64,000 bases of DNA from Adineta vaga (taxonomy: Eukaryota > Animalia > Rotifera): NCBI GenBank assembly GCA_021613535.1, contig CP075496.1:10664001-10728000 (forward strand), written 5' to 3'. The notes under the pieces were generated by a model. That model saw nothing but the letters and a program-made list of their open reading frames with translations, was not told where the DNA came from and did not search any database. This document shows positions 28,017 through 41,810 of this stretch, one piece after another. Both the position numbers and the translations under genes were made by a program. Position 1 is the first letter of the stretch; each line of letters begins with the position of its first letter.

Positions 28017-29464
28017 ATGGCTCCGAAAGGAGGGGGTGGTGGTGCTGGCGCGAAGAAGCTAAACAATAGTTTCGACAGTCAACAGACATAATCATCCACA
28101 GTAACAAAAACACCAACAACAACGACCAGTTCACAAAGAACTGGCCTAGTCGGCAGCACGCCCATGCCAAAGAAAAACAACCAGCAGCCATTCAGCATCG
28201 CTCGTCTTGTGCTAGAGGGAGCCAAAATTACTAAATTGGCATTAAATGATATTTTGAAGCAACACTTTAGCGACATCCAAATTACTGACATTCAACTCTG
28301 ACGTTCAGGCAATTTTACCTTGTATGCTTATGATGTTAAATCGTTCAATCGTCTTCTCAACGAATTAACAACAACATTAGCTGCAAATGGTCAAACAGAC
28401 GTTAAAGTTTATGTTCCTCGATCTATTCAGCGGATCAAGGATACAGAAAAGGTTGCTTTCGCCAAACGGGTCGATCTTGAAATTCCTGATGATCGAATAA
28501 CAGAAGCACTAAAGGCCATTGGTTTTGATGTTACAAATGTTACTCGTCTCACCAGCAAAGATGGAAAGACCCCAACAAGAACAATCAAAATATCATTTAA
28601 TGATGTTCAAAACCGCAACGCCTTCGTGTATTCTGGTTTGCAGGTGGATTGTATGCACTTCACCGCCGAACCAGCATCACAAAACAACAAGCCGGTACAA
28701 TGCTTCATCTGCTTGCAATACAACCATGTGGCCAAATACTGCAAAACGAAGCAACAAGTATGTGCCAAATGTGGTGAAAACCACAAAATGGACCAATGTA
28801 CTGTTGCCAACGATGCAGCCAAATGCCACAACTGTAAAGGTAATCATTTAGCTACTTCTACTGATTGTCCACAATTCAAAGATCAGGAAAAAAGAATGCT
28901 AAACTTGATTAACCAATACTTAACAGAAAGCAGACCAACAACAACCACTTCCCACCATTACCAAACCTATTCCAACAACAACAAAATAGCTTCCAAAATG
29001 ACTTATTCGATCAAATGTTCAATGCATTTAGTAGTAAGATGGAAAAACTAATCGAAGAAACAACAAGCCGATTATTCCGCAAGCTACAGCAAAAGATCAA
29101 ATGTATCGAAAAGTCAATTGGATTATATGGAAATAGCCAAGATGATGCTTCAACGCACTCTGACTCTGATTCTCAGGAAGAAAGTCAAGTAGTTAAGCAC
29201 ATCAAAGCTAGTAAAATTAAAAATCAACAGAAAAATCAACCCGCAACAACCGATTCTTCGATTTCAACCTCTTCAAAGGTCAAAACAGCTTCAAACATCC
29301 GTTCTCCAAAACAACATCCAACACAAGATCAAACTGAAGCTGCAAATTCACACAAGAGACATCGTCCGTCGGACAGTCCACAAGACGAAACGACGAAGAA
29401 AAACAACAACAAAGACCTTAAAACGAGTGACATCGATGATTCGGATATGCCACATCAACATTAA
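28017..29464 (+). pseudogene. LINE ORF1, gag-like with three CCHC zinc knuckles (disrupted)
   Basis: Knuckles CFIC..YNHVAKYC, CAKCGENH...C, CHNCKGNH.A....C, then FPPLP. In-frame stops at ~28089 and ~28299 and a frameshift near 28950. Confidence 0.88.
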
Positions 29465-31947
29465 CACCATAACCAAACACAAAGATGAACTCTTAGCCCG
29501 ATTCTCCAAATACGGCGTTATTTCGATGAATGAAACTAATCTTAAGAGTGAACGTCAGTTATCTCTTTGGGGTTACAACGTTTTCAGAAATGATAGAGTA
29601 GGTAAATCTGGTGGTGGAGTTCTTCTTGCAATCCAGCGTCACATTAAATGTCGTGAAGTATACAACAAGACAACACAAGCAAATGAAGTGATAGCAGTAG
29701 AGATAGAAACTCAAGGTTTCAAATCAATACTTATATCCTCCATTTACGTCCCTCCAACAGCCAAAATTAATCTTAGCACCTTCGATGACCTATAAAATAT
29801 TAACAACAACTGTATCATCGTAGGTGATTTCAATGCAACATCGCAGGAAAAGGGATCATGAAAGATGAATTCAAAACGAAGACAGCTGCAAGAATTATTT
29901 AAAGAAGGTTTAATCGACTGTGTCGACGATGATTATACAACATTTGAAAGACATGATTACGAAGAAAAACTTGATTGGATACTAGCAAGCCAACCTCTCT
30001 ATCATTTATAACAAATATTGAAACACATGCATTAATCGGCACAGTTACTGGACACAAACCATTAACTTTCGATATTCCTCTGAGAGTGGAAGTCAAATTC
30101 CCCTCTCCAAGGATATCATTTAATTTCAACGCAGCAAAGTGGCCATTATTTAGAAGTAAATTAGACCAATAATTGATACTATGGAACATGGATCGTAGAT
30201 TAAATTCAACATTAGACTTAGAAGAATATTCATCGTTTATTACCAACAGCATTTTGGTAGCAACACGAGAAGCTATTTCACGTATTAAACAAAAGATTAC
30301 ATCGTATTCACCAAGTGAAGCTTCGAAAAGCTTGATTCTACTTAAGCATCGAGCGTATCGAAGATGGAAGAAGACTGGAGATGATATAGATAAACATCAA
30401 TTCTACACGTCGAAAGTCTTACTTACAAATTCACTTTGGAATGACAGAAGAAACAACTTTAACAAGTTAATGTCGTCATTATGTCAGAAGAAAATGTATT
30501 CGAATGCAGTTTGGCGAACGGTGCGCAAGTTCCACAACAAACGGATCAAGCAAACCTATGCGAACGTCATGAAATATAATAACACTACAGCAACGTCGGA
30601 CTAGAAGAAGGCAGATCTTTTTGCGGATTATTTCCAAAATGAGGTCTACTTCGAAGCGCCTGACTCGCTGCCGTTTCATGATAAAGTAACTCGTCGAACA
30701 GGATTCATAAGAAAAGGAATGGCAACTAATTCAAACACAACTAGGTGGAAATTAATCACTGTTAATGAAGTTAAATATCACCTTAAACAACTTCGAAACA
30801 GCGCCACAGGCTCTGATAACATCCATAATAGATGTTTGAAGAATTATTCAAAATAACTTGTTCAACATCTCACCAATTTGTACAATGTAGTTTTGAATCA
30901 AGGTTACATTCCTGATACGCGGAAACAAGCAAACATTATTCTTCTATTAAAGCCGATGAAAGACAGCTGACAGCTGAAAGCCCGAAGCGTCATTCGACTG
31001 TTGTTCTCTTCGATATCAAAGCTGCTTTTGACTCAGTATGGCATGGTGGACTAATTTACAAACTGAATGATCTACGTCTTCCTCGCTACATGGTCAGTTA
31101 CCTGATCTCTTTCCTGCACAATCGAACAGCCGCAATTGAAATTGAAAATGTGTTATCACGTTCATTCCAGCTCAAGAGCGGTACACCACAAGGATCTCCG
31201 TTATCACCATTATTATATATCATATACACGGCAGATTGGATGAATGGTATACCGTCTCATACTGAACATGGATTATTCGCCGACGATACAGCTCTATGGA
31301 CATCAACCATCACCACAACAGGTCTTAACGTAAGACTTCAACAGTCCGTAGATGCATTTGAAAGTTGGTGCTCTTCGTGGAAACTGAAGCTGCAGCCAAC
31401 AGAAACGGAGCTGATTCATTTCAGCATACGCCCAAGAAAGAAGTACAAACATCCAATGGAGGTGAAAGTGAAAAACAGGATCATTACTCCAGTGGAACAT
31501 ACAAAATACTTAGGCGTTATTATCGACAAACGTTTAAACTGGCGAAAACATCTCGATCATATAGAAAGTAAGATTGGTCCTCGCATCAGTCTGCTTCGCT
31601 ATCTATCGAGAAATTCGTACGAACCAAACATGAAGATAATGATAAACATTTTCAAATCAATTATGCGCACAATCATTATTTATGGTTATCCTGTTCTGCT
31701 TACTGCTGATCAACACATATGGAACCGACTGCAGATTATGCAAAACAAAGCACTACGCGCAGCTCTCGGTTTACGCATATATACATTCACAAAATATATT
31801 CATCAGATCAGCAACACACCAAAAATCAAAGAATATGCAACAGGATTACTTCAAAAAGCGATACAAACTGCTACCTTAAATAATGACACGACACTCCGGA
31901 ATCATTTACAAGACATTTTCGACCAGATCAAAAACAACACCTCCTGA
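29436..31947 (+). pseudogene. LINE ORF2, AP-endonuclease + reverse transcriptase (disrupted)
   Basis: ICHININ, SMNET, RNDR...GGGVLL, SIYVPP, IVGDFNA, LDWIL, GHKP, FDIKAAFDSVWH, GTPQGSPLSPLLY, LFADD, KYLGV..D..LNW. Multiple stops, frameshifts and an internal RT deletion. It overlaps ORF1 by 29 nt. Confidence 0.9.
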
Positions 31948-32837
31948 ATATCTATATAACTACTACAACGATATTCAAGACTATTCTTGTGCTGGCCGAA
32001 TCTGTACAAAAAATGTTATGTCGGAATCGTGTACTACGAGTTTGCTTCACATATATATCAAGAAATGAAGCAATGCTTTGGCTGAATCTTCCACAACATC
32101 CATTACATATGTTGCTCTGTCTCTCTTCATCATATTATTGTGTACGAAGTAAACAGACTATTACGCGTTCCACTCTTTCTTTTCTTTTTCTTCTCATAAC
32201 CAATATGTATCACTCTTCTCTATTCTTCATTGTATTGTAACACACACCCTTCCTTTGATGCTTTTCACTTGTTACTACTTCAACATTCACTAATTTAACT
32301 TGTAACTATCTTTTCTCTGCACGGACATACGACACTAGTCATGAGTCCGTTTTTCCTTTCTTCTTTTCTTTCAGCGTTCGTGTAATAACGTACACCCGTT
32401 GTTTTCTATCGACTTGTAACGTTATTATACTGAATAAAGCCTTGTTACCAAAAAAAAAAGTTTCGAACATCACTACATGGCTAGGTCGATCATCAAAAAT
32501 ATTCTGGAAATATGATGTCATCTTATAGGAGTTCACGAATGGAAATTACCGATAACTAATGTTATTACCAAAGAAATTATAGTTCTCGTTTTCAAATATT
32601 TAAATGAAAAGATCTTTTTGGATTCTTTCGAAAAATATGAAGTAATATTCATTAGATGCTGAAATATCAGATGAGAAAGATACCGTATGTTCAAAGTCGA
32701 ACAATATCGTATCAGGATCTCTATAACATAAAGAATTCGCAAGTGAAATTGATTTTTTAATGTTAATGAAAATCATGAATAGAGTATTTATGATTAGAAA
32801 TTTTCTACTAAACAAAAGCTATTTATTTATTTCGAAT

Positions 32838-35252
32838 TCATACATTTTTCTTTCCAAATTCTATATTTTTTAGTCTTCGATAGAAATCTTCGTTGATCAT
32901 TGAAAAATCTTCTTCTTGTTGTTTCATTTGATTACGTACATCTAAATATTGTGCCATACAATATGCAACAGAACGATCTCGTTGAAAAAAGATCTTATTT
33001 CCAAATAGATGAGGACTTGTTGCTAAATGCCAAAGATCTTCATAAATAAATATACATATACCACGAACAAAACCACCTCGACAAAGAACCGATTCTGGTC
33101 GATCTGCCCATATTTTATATCTTGTCATAAATGACATTTGATTAAGATCATGATCATATGGATAATAACCTGGTGTTTCTTTCCAACGATTAATCATCGA
33201 ATAATAATGTTCATCAGGTACTATAGTTCCGTTAAGAAAATTATATAAATCATTGACACGTTTACTCGTATGAATATATTCTAAAGTGACACGTGATAAT
33301 AAGACATGAAATTCACCTTTATAAAATGGTAATGTAAGAGATGATGGTAATGTTCGATTCAATGAACGAAATGGATTTTTTTGTCGTAATTGTGAATAAT
33401 ATGGTAATGAAGTAACATCGTTTTGATTATTATAGAGTTTTAAGATTTGAACTAATTCAGCATTTGTTTTTAAAGGAAAATCGGAATTAGCTAAATTAAA
33501 ATAATATTTCCATGATTTTGCTCGTTGAAGAAGTTCTTTTTGACATAAATGTTCTGCTTCTAATACTGAAAATTGACCCCATGTTACATTAATACGTTGT
33601 TGTAGTAGAAATATATTTGTTACGCATGACACACGTTCTTGAATTGCTTGATAAAGTGAGAGAGGTGTTTTAGAATCAACATGTATACAATAATAATTCG
33701 ATGTTCGATAGATTGTATGTAATAAAAATTCAAATTGATCGAGATTAGAATAGATAAGAATAGTAAAAGCTATTGGATGAAATAATTCTTCAGATGAAAC
33801 AAATGATCGATCTTTAAAAAAACTACAGTCCTTTGGAAATGATAAATATGTTGATGCTTCATGATTTAATTGTGATACTTCATCTGTAGTTAAGATTAGA
33901 TTTGGATAACGAATGAGACGACCACATACAGTTGATGTAAGAAATCTATCAAGTATTGTTGGAGATCTTGGCCATGAAGTTGATTGTAAGATGATAAGCC
34001 AAATCAGGAGATATATACAAATACCAATAAAAATAAAACGACGATGAAAGTCTAAAATAAAAGAATAATTGAATATAATCTTCTAACATTGTAGAATTTA
34101 GTTATCGAATGATATTTATTAAAGATAATCGATCTTTATGAAGTCGAAGAACTATCAACTGTTGACATGATTTCTGAGTTTCATTATAGAACGTCTTCAT
34201 AACTTTAAACTCCCAACTTTCTTCGCCCGAAGACATTATATGAAAATTATGACCATAGGATATGTTTTTCAGTTGTTCTGCTTTCACACTTTTATCAACA
34301 CTTAACATCGCTGCATGAACACATCCATCACCAATATATTCTCGAAGCATATAATCATCCTTTACAAGTGTATGAACCAAATGTTGTACTCGTTTCGATT
34401 CATAGTACCATTTCAAACGAATAATAAAAAAATTATTGTAGATACATTCAGAGTAGTCTGGTTTATCGTCGGCATATTGATCTCGAACTGCTTGTAAGGC
34501 TTGACACATTTCCACATACAATGCTCGATAAGCATAATCGAGATTTTTTCTCTTCGTATATTCAAAAAGATCTTCTTGAGTATTGTCAGAAAAGTATGAA
34601 TCATCATCCATTCTCATCAAATAATCATAACCACCATTTCGAACTGTTGGATGATAAAATACATCATATGTCCAAAATCGACACATCAAACGATATTCCA
34701 TTGATTTGCCTAAGTCGGAAGTACTCAACGGCTTAACCGATGTTGTAAAATTGATGAGAACAAACGAAATGTTGAGTTGAGTGTTATTTCTTTGTACACA
34801 TGATAGTATGTATTGTTGCATTTGTGAAGTGAAGTTTTGATCATGAAAGATGAGAAATGGATAGGATGAATTTGTTTGAATTGAATGAAAATGCATGACA
34901 GAATGAATCATATTGATAGTCAAAAGAATAGATCGATTGGTACTACGCATCAATGTCACAATAACACAACGCGTTTTAGTAGATTTATATTTTGATAGGA
35001 ACAGATGTTGATTTTGAAAAATATACAATTTTGTAATAACAGTAACAAGAATAAGAATCTTTATTATTATATATAAAGATAGAAACGATCGATAAGTACT
35101 TTTCATGTATAACTGAAAACGATGAATAAAATATTGAAATCTATATAGTTTCAGATGTTTCTTGTTTCTAAAATGTTAAAAATATGCAAGAATGAATCGA
35201 TTGGCTTACATGCTTTGAAAATACGTCTTCGATATGTTTTGATCAACCACAT
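32838..35252 (-). CDS. GT14 core-2/I-branching beta-1,6-N-acetylglucosaminyltransferase; 2 exons (35252-35210, 34051-32838)
   Basis: Exon 2 is open from the acceptor at 34053-34052 with a TM helix, EE.FHPIAF.I, IYR..NYYCIHVDSK, V.WG.FSVLEA, WKYYFNL...DFPLKTN.ELV.IL, PDEHYY, RGICIF..EDL. It has no ATG before the TM. Exon 1 MWLIKTYRRRIFKA|gtaag joins in phase. Upstream in-frame ATGs exist at 35285, 35306 and 35312. Confidence 0.85.
34102..35106 (-). CDS. GT15-like mannosyltransferase, copy C, intronless, nested in the GT14 intron
   Basis: 334-aa ORF with a TM anchor and the same motifs as copies A and B. It lies between the GT14 donor (35209) and acceptor (34052). Confidence 0.82.
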   Translation of the reverse strand: MKSTYRSFLSLYIIIKILILVTVITKLYIFQNQHLFLSKYKSTKTRCVIVTLMRSTNRSILLTINMIHSVMHFHSIQTNSSYPFLIFHDQNFTSQMQQYILSCVQRNNTQLNISFVLINFTTSVKPLSTSDLGKSMEYRLMCRFWTYDVFYHPTVRNGGYDYLMRMDDDSYFSDNTQEDLFEYTKRKNLDYAYRALYVEMCQALQAVRDQYADDKPDYSECIYNNFFIIRLKWYYESKRVQHLVHTLVKDDYMLREYIGDGCVHAAMLSVDKSVKAEQLKNISYGHNFHIMSSGEESWEFKVMKTFYNETQKSCQQLIVLRLHKDRLSLINIIR

Positions 35253-36630
35253 GATATCAGCAAGTAAAAGAACGTTATCGTTCATGTTCTGCTTGATTGA
35301 TTTCATCGTCATTTTTACCTTCTCTTAACATTTCGAAATAAAATATGACAGCAAGAAAAAGAACATCTTCATCAAAAATAACGATCGATCATAGATATAA
35401 TTTCTACTACAATCATATTTCCCTTTATCTCAAAACATATTGAAGAATATCTAACAGTACAGTGACAACCTAGGATCCATACATTTTTGTTTGTCATATT
35501 ATACAATCCTCTTTTTAAGCATATATAATACCATAAAATAAATATTTTCTTCGTTTCTTTTTTTCTAATAACTATCGTATTGATGAACTGCAAAAAAAAA
35601 ACGATTCATACATAAATATTTTACTAGAATTCATTCTGTGTAAAGAACTGTCTTTAGCATCTATATAACATGTGATGGGTGTTAGAGTAATCAAGATTAG
35701 TTTCCATGGTATATATGAAATTCATAGTGAGAAAATGTTAGTCCAATAATCAATGATAGGTAAATACTTGAAATTTATCAAATCTGTACTTTTCTTCCTC
35801 TCGTCCCGATCAATTATTTTTTTTTTTTGATGATTGTACTATTTGCTCTTGAGAAGATCAACTTTATTTGAAATCTGAATTACATTATGCAGACATCTTT
35901 GAACTGGTAACGATTACCACGTCAGTTATAATCACTATATCTTTATTTTAAATATGGATGACAAAGAAACGGTATTCGTAGGTTATTTTCTTTTATCACG
36001 ATTTGATTTGCATTTGAAACATTATTCATCGACTAGTTTCAGTAGTTAAAAATTTAGATCGTACAATAAAACATCTATGAAATTATCTATATGAAGAATT
36101 AAATACAGCATATAGTTGCATTTGAATTCCGTCATTCAAAAGACGACCAGGAGAGACTTTCTTCTCTATTTCAATAATTAATAAACAATTTGAATTTTTC
36201 GTAAGTAAAGATATCAACGTAGGGATTGACGAGAATGATTTACCAAGATTGTCATTGTATGCTCACTAGCTTAAAGGGCGATACCCAATAGACTTGTACT
36301 GAGTAAAGCAAGAGAGTGCAAATATTTTCCAACGATGAATGATTCATCAATTGATTTAATACATTGTCCTTCCTTCATAGATTGATCTTTCCTTGGGATA
36401 TGTTTCCGGAACTTTACATGATGAAAATATTTGATGAGTAAGACTGATTCATAGTGAATATTTTATTTCTTATGAAATTCAAGAAAAGAAAACAAATAAT
36501 CTAATAATTGCACATGATTTTAACCTAAATGTTGTTTTTTTCAATCTTACTAATTTATCTCAAACAGAGGAGAAGAAAAGAGACTTGATTCTATTATACA
36601 TTGAGATATTATATCTAAATTTTGGTTTTT

Positions 36631-37782
36631 TTAATCTTGTGATTCTGATTGTTGACTGGAATCAGATAGAGATCGTTTATTACGTAAACGTTTAGTTCTG
36701 AAAATTTCAAATCAAATAATTATCACTAGTGAACGAATTAATGAAACTTACTTTGCTCGTCTTTTACTCGATGTAGATGTATTTGTCATGGTACGAGAAG
36801 TGGGTTTTTCACTACTTGTTGTACTTTCATCTTCATCTTCAATATCTTCATCACCATCATCATTTAATGGTTGAGTTGACTGAGTATTATTTTCTGAAAC
36901 TAATCAAACATCGTTCGCTTTATTGGTCATAATCAGATAAAAACATACGATTACTATTTTTCTTATTGCCAGATAATTCTTGCATGATTTCACGATGCTT
37001 ACGATTAGTTTTTCGACCTAATGAGAATAAAATTTTCCATTTTTAATAAAGGAAATTAAGATAATCACATACGTTCTTTTTCTCGTTCACGTTTGAGACG
37101 ATCACGACCGAGCAACTAAATATATTCTAACTTTTTTTTTCTAAAAGATTTCAAGCGATTAAATACATACTGTATAGGATGTGGCAGATGAATATGAAAA
37201 CAATCGATCAGATTCACGAAATTTCGATGATTTATCGATCGAACTAATAAAAAAATATGATGATTTTTCTTATTGATCAAAATAAAAGAATATTCATTTC
37301 TCATGTGTGATAGATTAGATATCCCTGGAGACATCGGTCTATTTTCTTTTTATTCTACAAACAACGATCGATAATTTTAATGAAAAACTCACTTATTATT
37401 TCCACTACCACTCGTTAAACAATTGCTCCATCCTCGAATACAATTTCCTGTATCTTGTGTTTGTTTAAGATAACTGGTTTCAAATGCATAAATTTGCTCT
37501 TCAATATCTGATAAAGATTTCTATATAGAGTATATTAGAAGAAAAATAAAAGAACAATCCTCTTCAACAAACTTCAATTTCTTCTTTTTTCTTCAATAAT
37601 TGTGCTAATTCAGCACGCGTATCACGAAAAGGATTATTCGTTGTAGATTTCTCTTTTGTCGATGGACTTGATGGTGATGATGCTGTTACGGATGATGATG
37701 CTGGTGCTGCAGCAGCTGTAGAAGAATTTGTAGTGGTGTTGGTATTGGTGGTAGAAGTAGGAGTAGAAGATGAATCTTTCAT
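36631..37782 (-). CDS. MEAF6: NuA4/MYST complex subunit Eaf6/MEAF6
   Basis: DTRAELAQLLKKKEEIE.SL.DIEEQIYAFETSYL..TQ..GN.IRGW and KFRESDRLFSYSS.TS, followed by a basic/acidic tail across short introns. Confidence 0.9.
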
Positions 37783-38003
37783 TCTTTTTTTTCTTTTTTG
37801 AAACAAAACAAAAACAGAGACTAATTAATATAGATATTTATCTAAAGAAATAGTTGAAGAAGAATCTTTATTTCAATTGAAATTTTTATTTTATTCTTTC
37901 ATCATAAGAGTGCATTTGTCTTTTTTTAAAGATACAATAGAACAAGAAACAAAATAAGATGATTATTATTAATTGTCTATAGAATCTTGCTTTGTCAATT
38001 TGT

Positions 38004-39871
<1,868 letters not shown>

Positions 39872-40117
39872 TTAGAAGAAGAAGAAGAAAAAAGTGAATT
39901 TATCTTTTGTAAGTTACTAACGAAATCAAATAAAAGAAAAACATACTGAAGACTTTTTTTGGTTTTATTTAACGACGATAGTAGTTGCTTATTTGCTCTT
40001 GCACGTCTCTTTGTTGCGACTGACTGACAGAGTGAGCGAGTTAGGCTGAAATGTTATATAGAGAAACAGAAAAGGGAACGAGTGTGTAACGACGACGACG
40101 AATGAAAAAAAGAAAAC

Positions 40118-40132
40118 GAGAGAGAGAGAGAG
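40118..40132. repeat. (GA)n tract in the divergent tubulin/NCS intergenic region
   Basis: gagagagagagagag read directly. Any promoter role is untested. Confidence 0.7.
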
Positions 40133-40774
40133 GGAGAACAATTCGGGGCGACGGCAGCAGAATCACCCCAAGATGAATCATCATCTCTTTTTTAGCCCCA
40201 TAAAACGATGAGAGTGCAGTGTCGAGTTTCTATTGGAGACACTTGAATTGATGATGAAACAAATACAGCAAATACAAAAGAAAAAAGAACTCCTTAGAGA
40301 CCAAACTAATATTAACATCAACAGAGAAAGAGAATATCGCCATAATACTCGAGAGATCTTTCACTACTGAACAAAAAAGTCTAGAGAAAAAAAACGATCT
40401 TGTAAAGAAATCCATTTCTCGTCCGGATGAATCATCACATTTTCAAAGATAATTCTTCTTTATAATAAAAAAAATTCAAGGAAAAAAACAAAAAAAACTA
40501 ATAAATGTATTTGTGTTGCTACAAACGAAAACGTTGAAAAATTGGTTTTCTCTTTTTCTTTCTTCTTCTCTTCTACTATCGTCAAGAGCAGACGGTATGG
40601 CATGTATTATGGTAACAAAAAGGTAGACGATCACTTCAAGGTCTTTTACTCGTATAATAATCGAAAATTTGACATAATGATGTTGATAATTTTACTACCA
40701 ATTGTTGTGTTTAAATTCAAACGATAGAAATTTTTTCGTTTCTAGTGTATATATATATATGAATAAATTGAACG

Positions 40775-41810
40775 ATGGGTGCGAATAAAACCAAACTGCC
40801 TAAAACTGTACAACATCAATTAGCAGTTCGAACAAATCGTAAGAGAAGACAAGATGTAATTTAAAAAATGACTTCCTATTCTTATTGCTTTCTTTTTAAA
40901 ATTCATCAGGTTCAACGGCGGAAATAAAAGCTATGTGCGTAAGTTGTAATTAGGAATGATAACAGATTGATTAATTGAATTTTTTCTTTTAATTAGGCAT
41001 GGAATTTTTCGTCGACATTTTCCCAATGGAAAAATTGAATCTCCTCAAGTAGAATTTTTGTTATTCGAATGATTCGAAAAGAGGTAATCAATCGTCATTT
41101 AGGATCTTTGGCGATGTTTACAAAAATTTTTACTTCAACCAATGGTTTATGATGAATCAACTGCTGAACGACTTTATCGATTGTTCGATATACAAAGTCG
41201 AGTAAGAAATCATTTCTTTGTTTCCTTTGTTTTTCAAATTTATTTTATAGCAGCCAAAATCGATGGTACAATCGATTTTTTCAGTTTTATGATTGTATCA
41301 AATATTCTCGAGCGTGGTTCAGCTCATGACAAAATTCGTTGTAAATACACAAATGTTATTTTCACTATCGTCTTCTTATTTCATCTTTTTCAGTATATTT
41401 CGAATCTCTTGATGTAGATAATAATGGATTGATCGATCGAGAAGATCTGGAAAAATGTTTACCACATACCGTTGAATCTCAACAATTAATTCAACAACTA
41501 CTCAAACAATGGGATATGGTAAATCTTTTTTAAAAGAAATAAATTACATCTCGAAAAAACTAAACATTTATTTAAGAATAAAAATGGTACTGTTACTTTG
41601 AATGATTTCGAACGATACATCCATTCTAATCCACATTTATCACCAATGTTCATAGATGTGAGAGAACGTGTACGAATGAATAGTGTTACTCAAGAATCAA
41701 CAGTAGAAAGTAATTCATCCATACATAATCATCCAACAACAACAACAGATAACCATCCGTCTACATATAATTTTCCTGCTAATCGAAATTTGTTTATCAC
41801 ATCTAAATAA
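40775..41810 (+). CDS. Recoverin/neuronal calcium sensor-like EF-hand protein
   Basis: MG myristoylation-type start, EIKAMHGIFRRHFPNGKI, AERLYRLFD, DGTIDF, GSAHDKI, DVDNNGLIDREDL, WDMNKNGTVTLNDF. Short GT-AG introns. Confidence 0.8.

Larger units (their letters stand above)
27785..32458 (+). mobile_element. Non-LTR retrotransposon, jockey clade (Hebe-like), 5'-intact but inactivated
   Basis: TSD AGTTTCGAACA at 27774-27784 and 32459-32469. The 5' end reads ACATTC...CAGTC. It carries a gag-like ORF1 and an APE+RT ORF2, then AATAAA at ~32433 and an A-tail from 32450. GC content is higher than the flanks. Confidence 0.93.
27493..32815 (-). pseudogene. Decayed gene for a secreted/possibly GPI-anchored protein, split by the LINE insertion
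   Basis: ATG 32815 begins a signal-peptide-like MFSRKFLIINTLFMIF. The same frame continues through two stops to ...HVVMFET, resumes after removing the LINE+TSD (NIFYFLSF...), and ends after a shift in a hydrophobic tail FFYIVLFFLSVIK*. Confidence 0.4.

Noticed and set aside
28017-31947. RIP-like or deamination bias in LINE stop codons
   Set aside because: Ancestral codons cannot be assigned without a consensus.
34052-34089. ATG at 34089 as the GT14 start
   Set aside because: Out of frame with exon 2. The in-frame reading has a TAG, and the region is a good acceptor matched by an in-phase upstream exon.
35600-36600. Possible degraded coding or TE remnant
   Set aside because: No sustained ORF, terminal repeats or recognisable motif.
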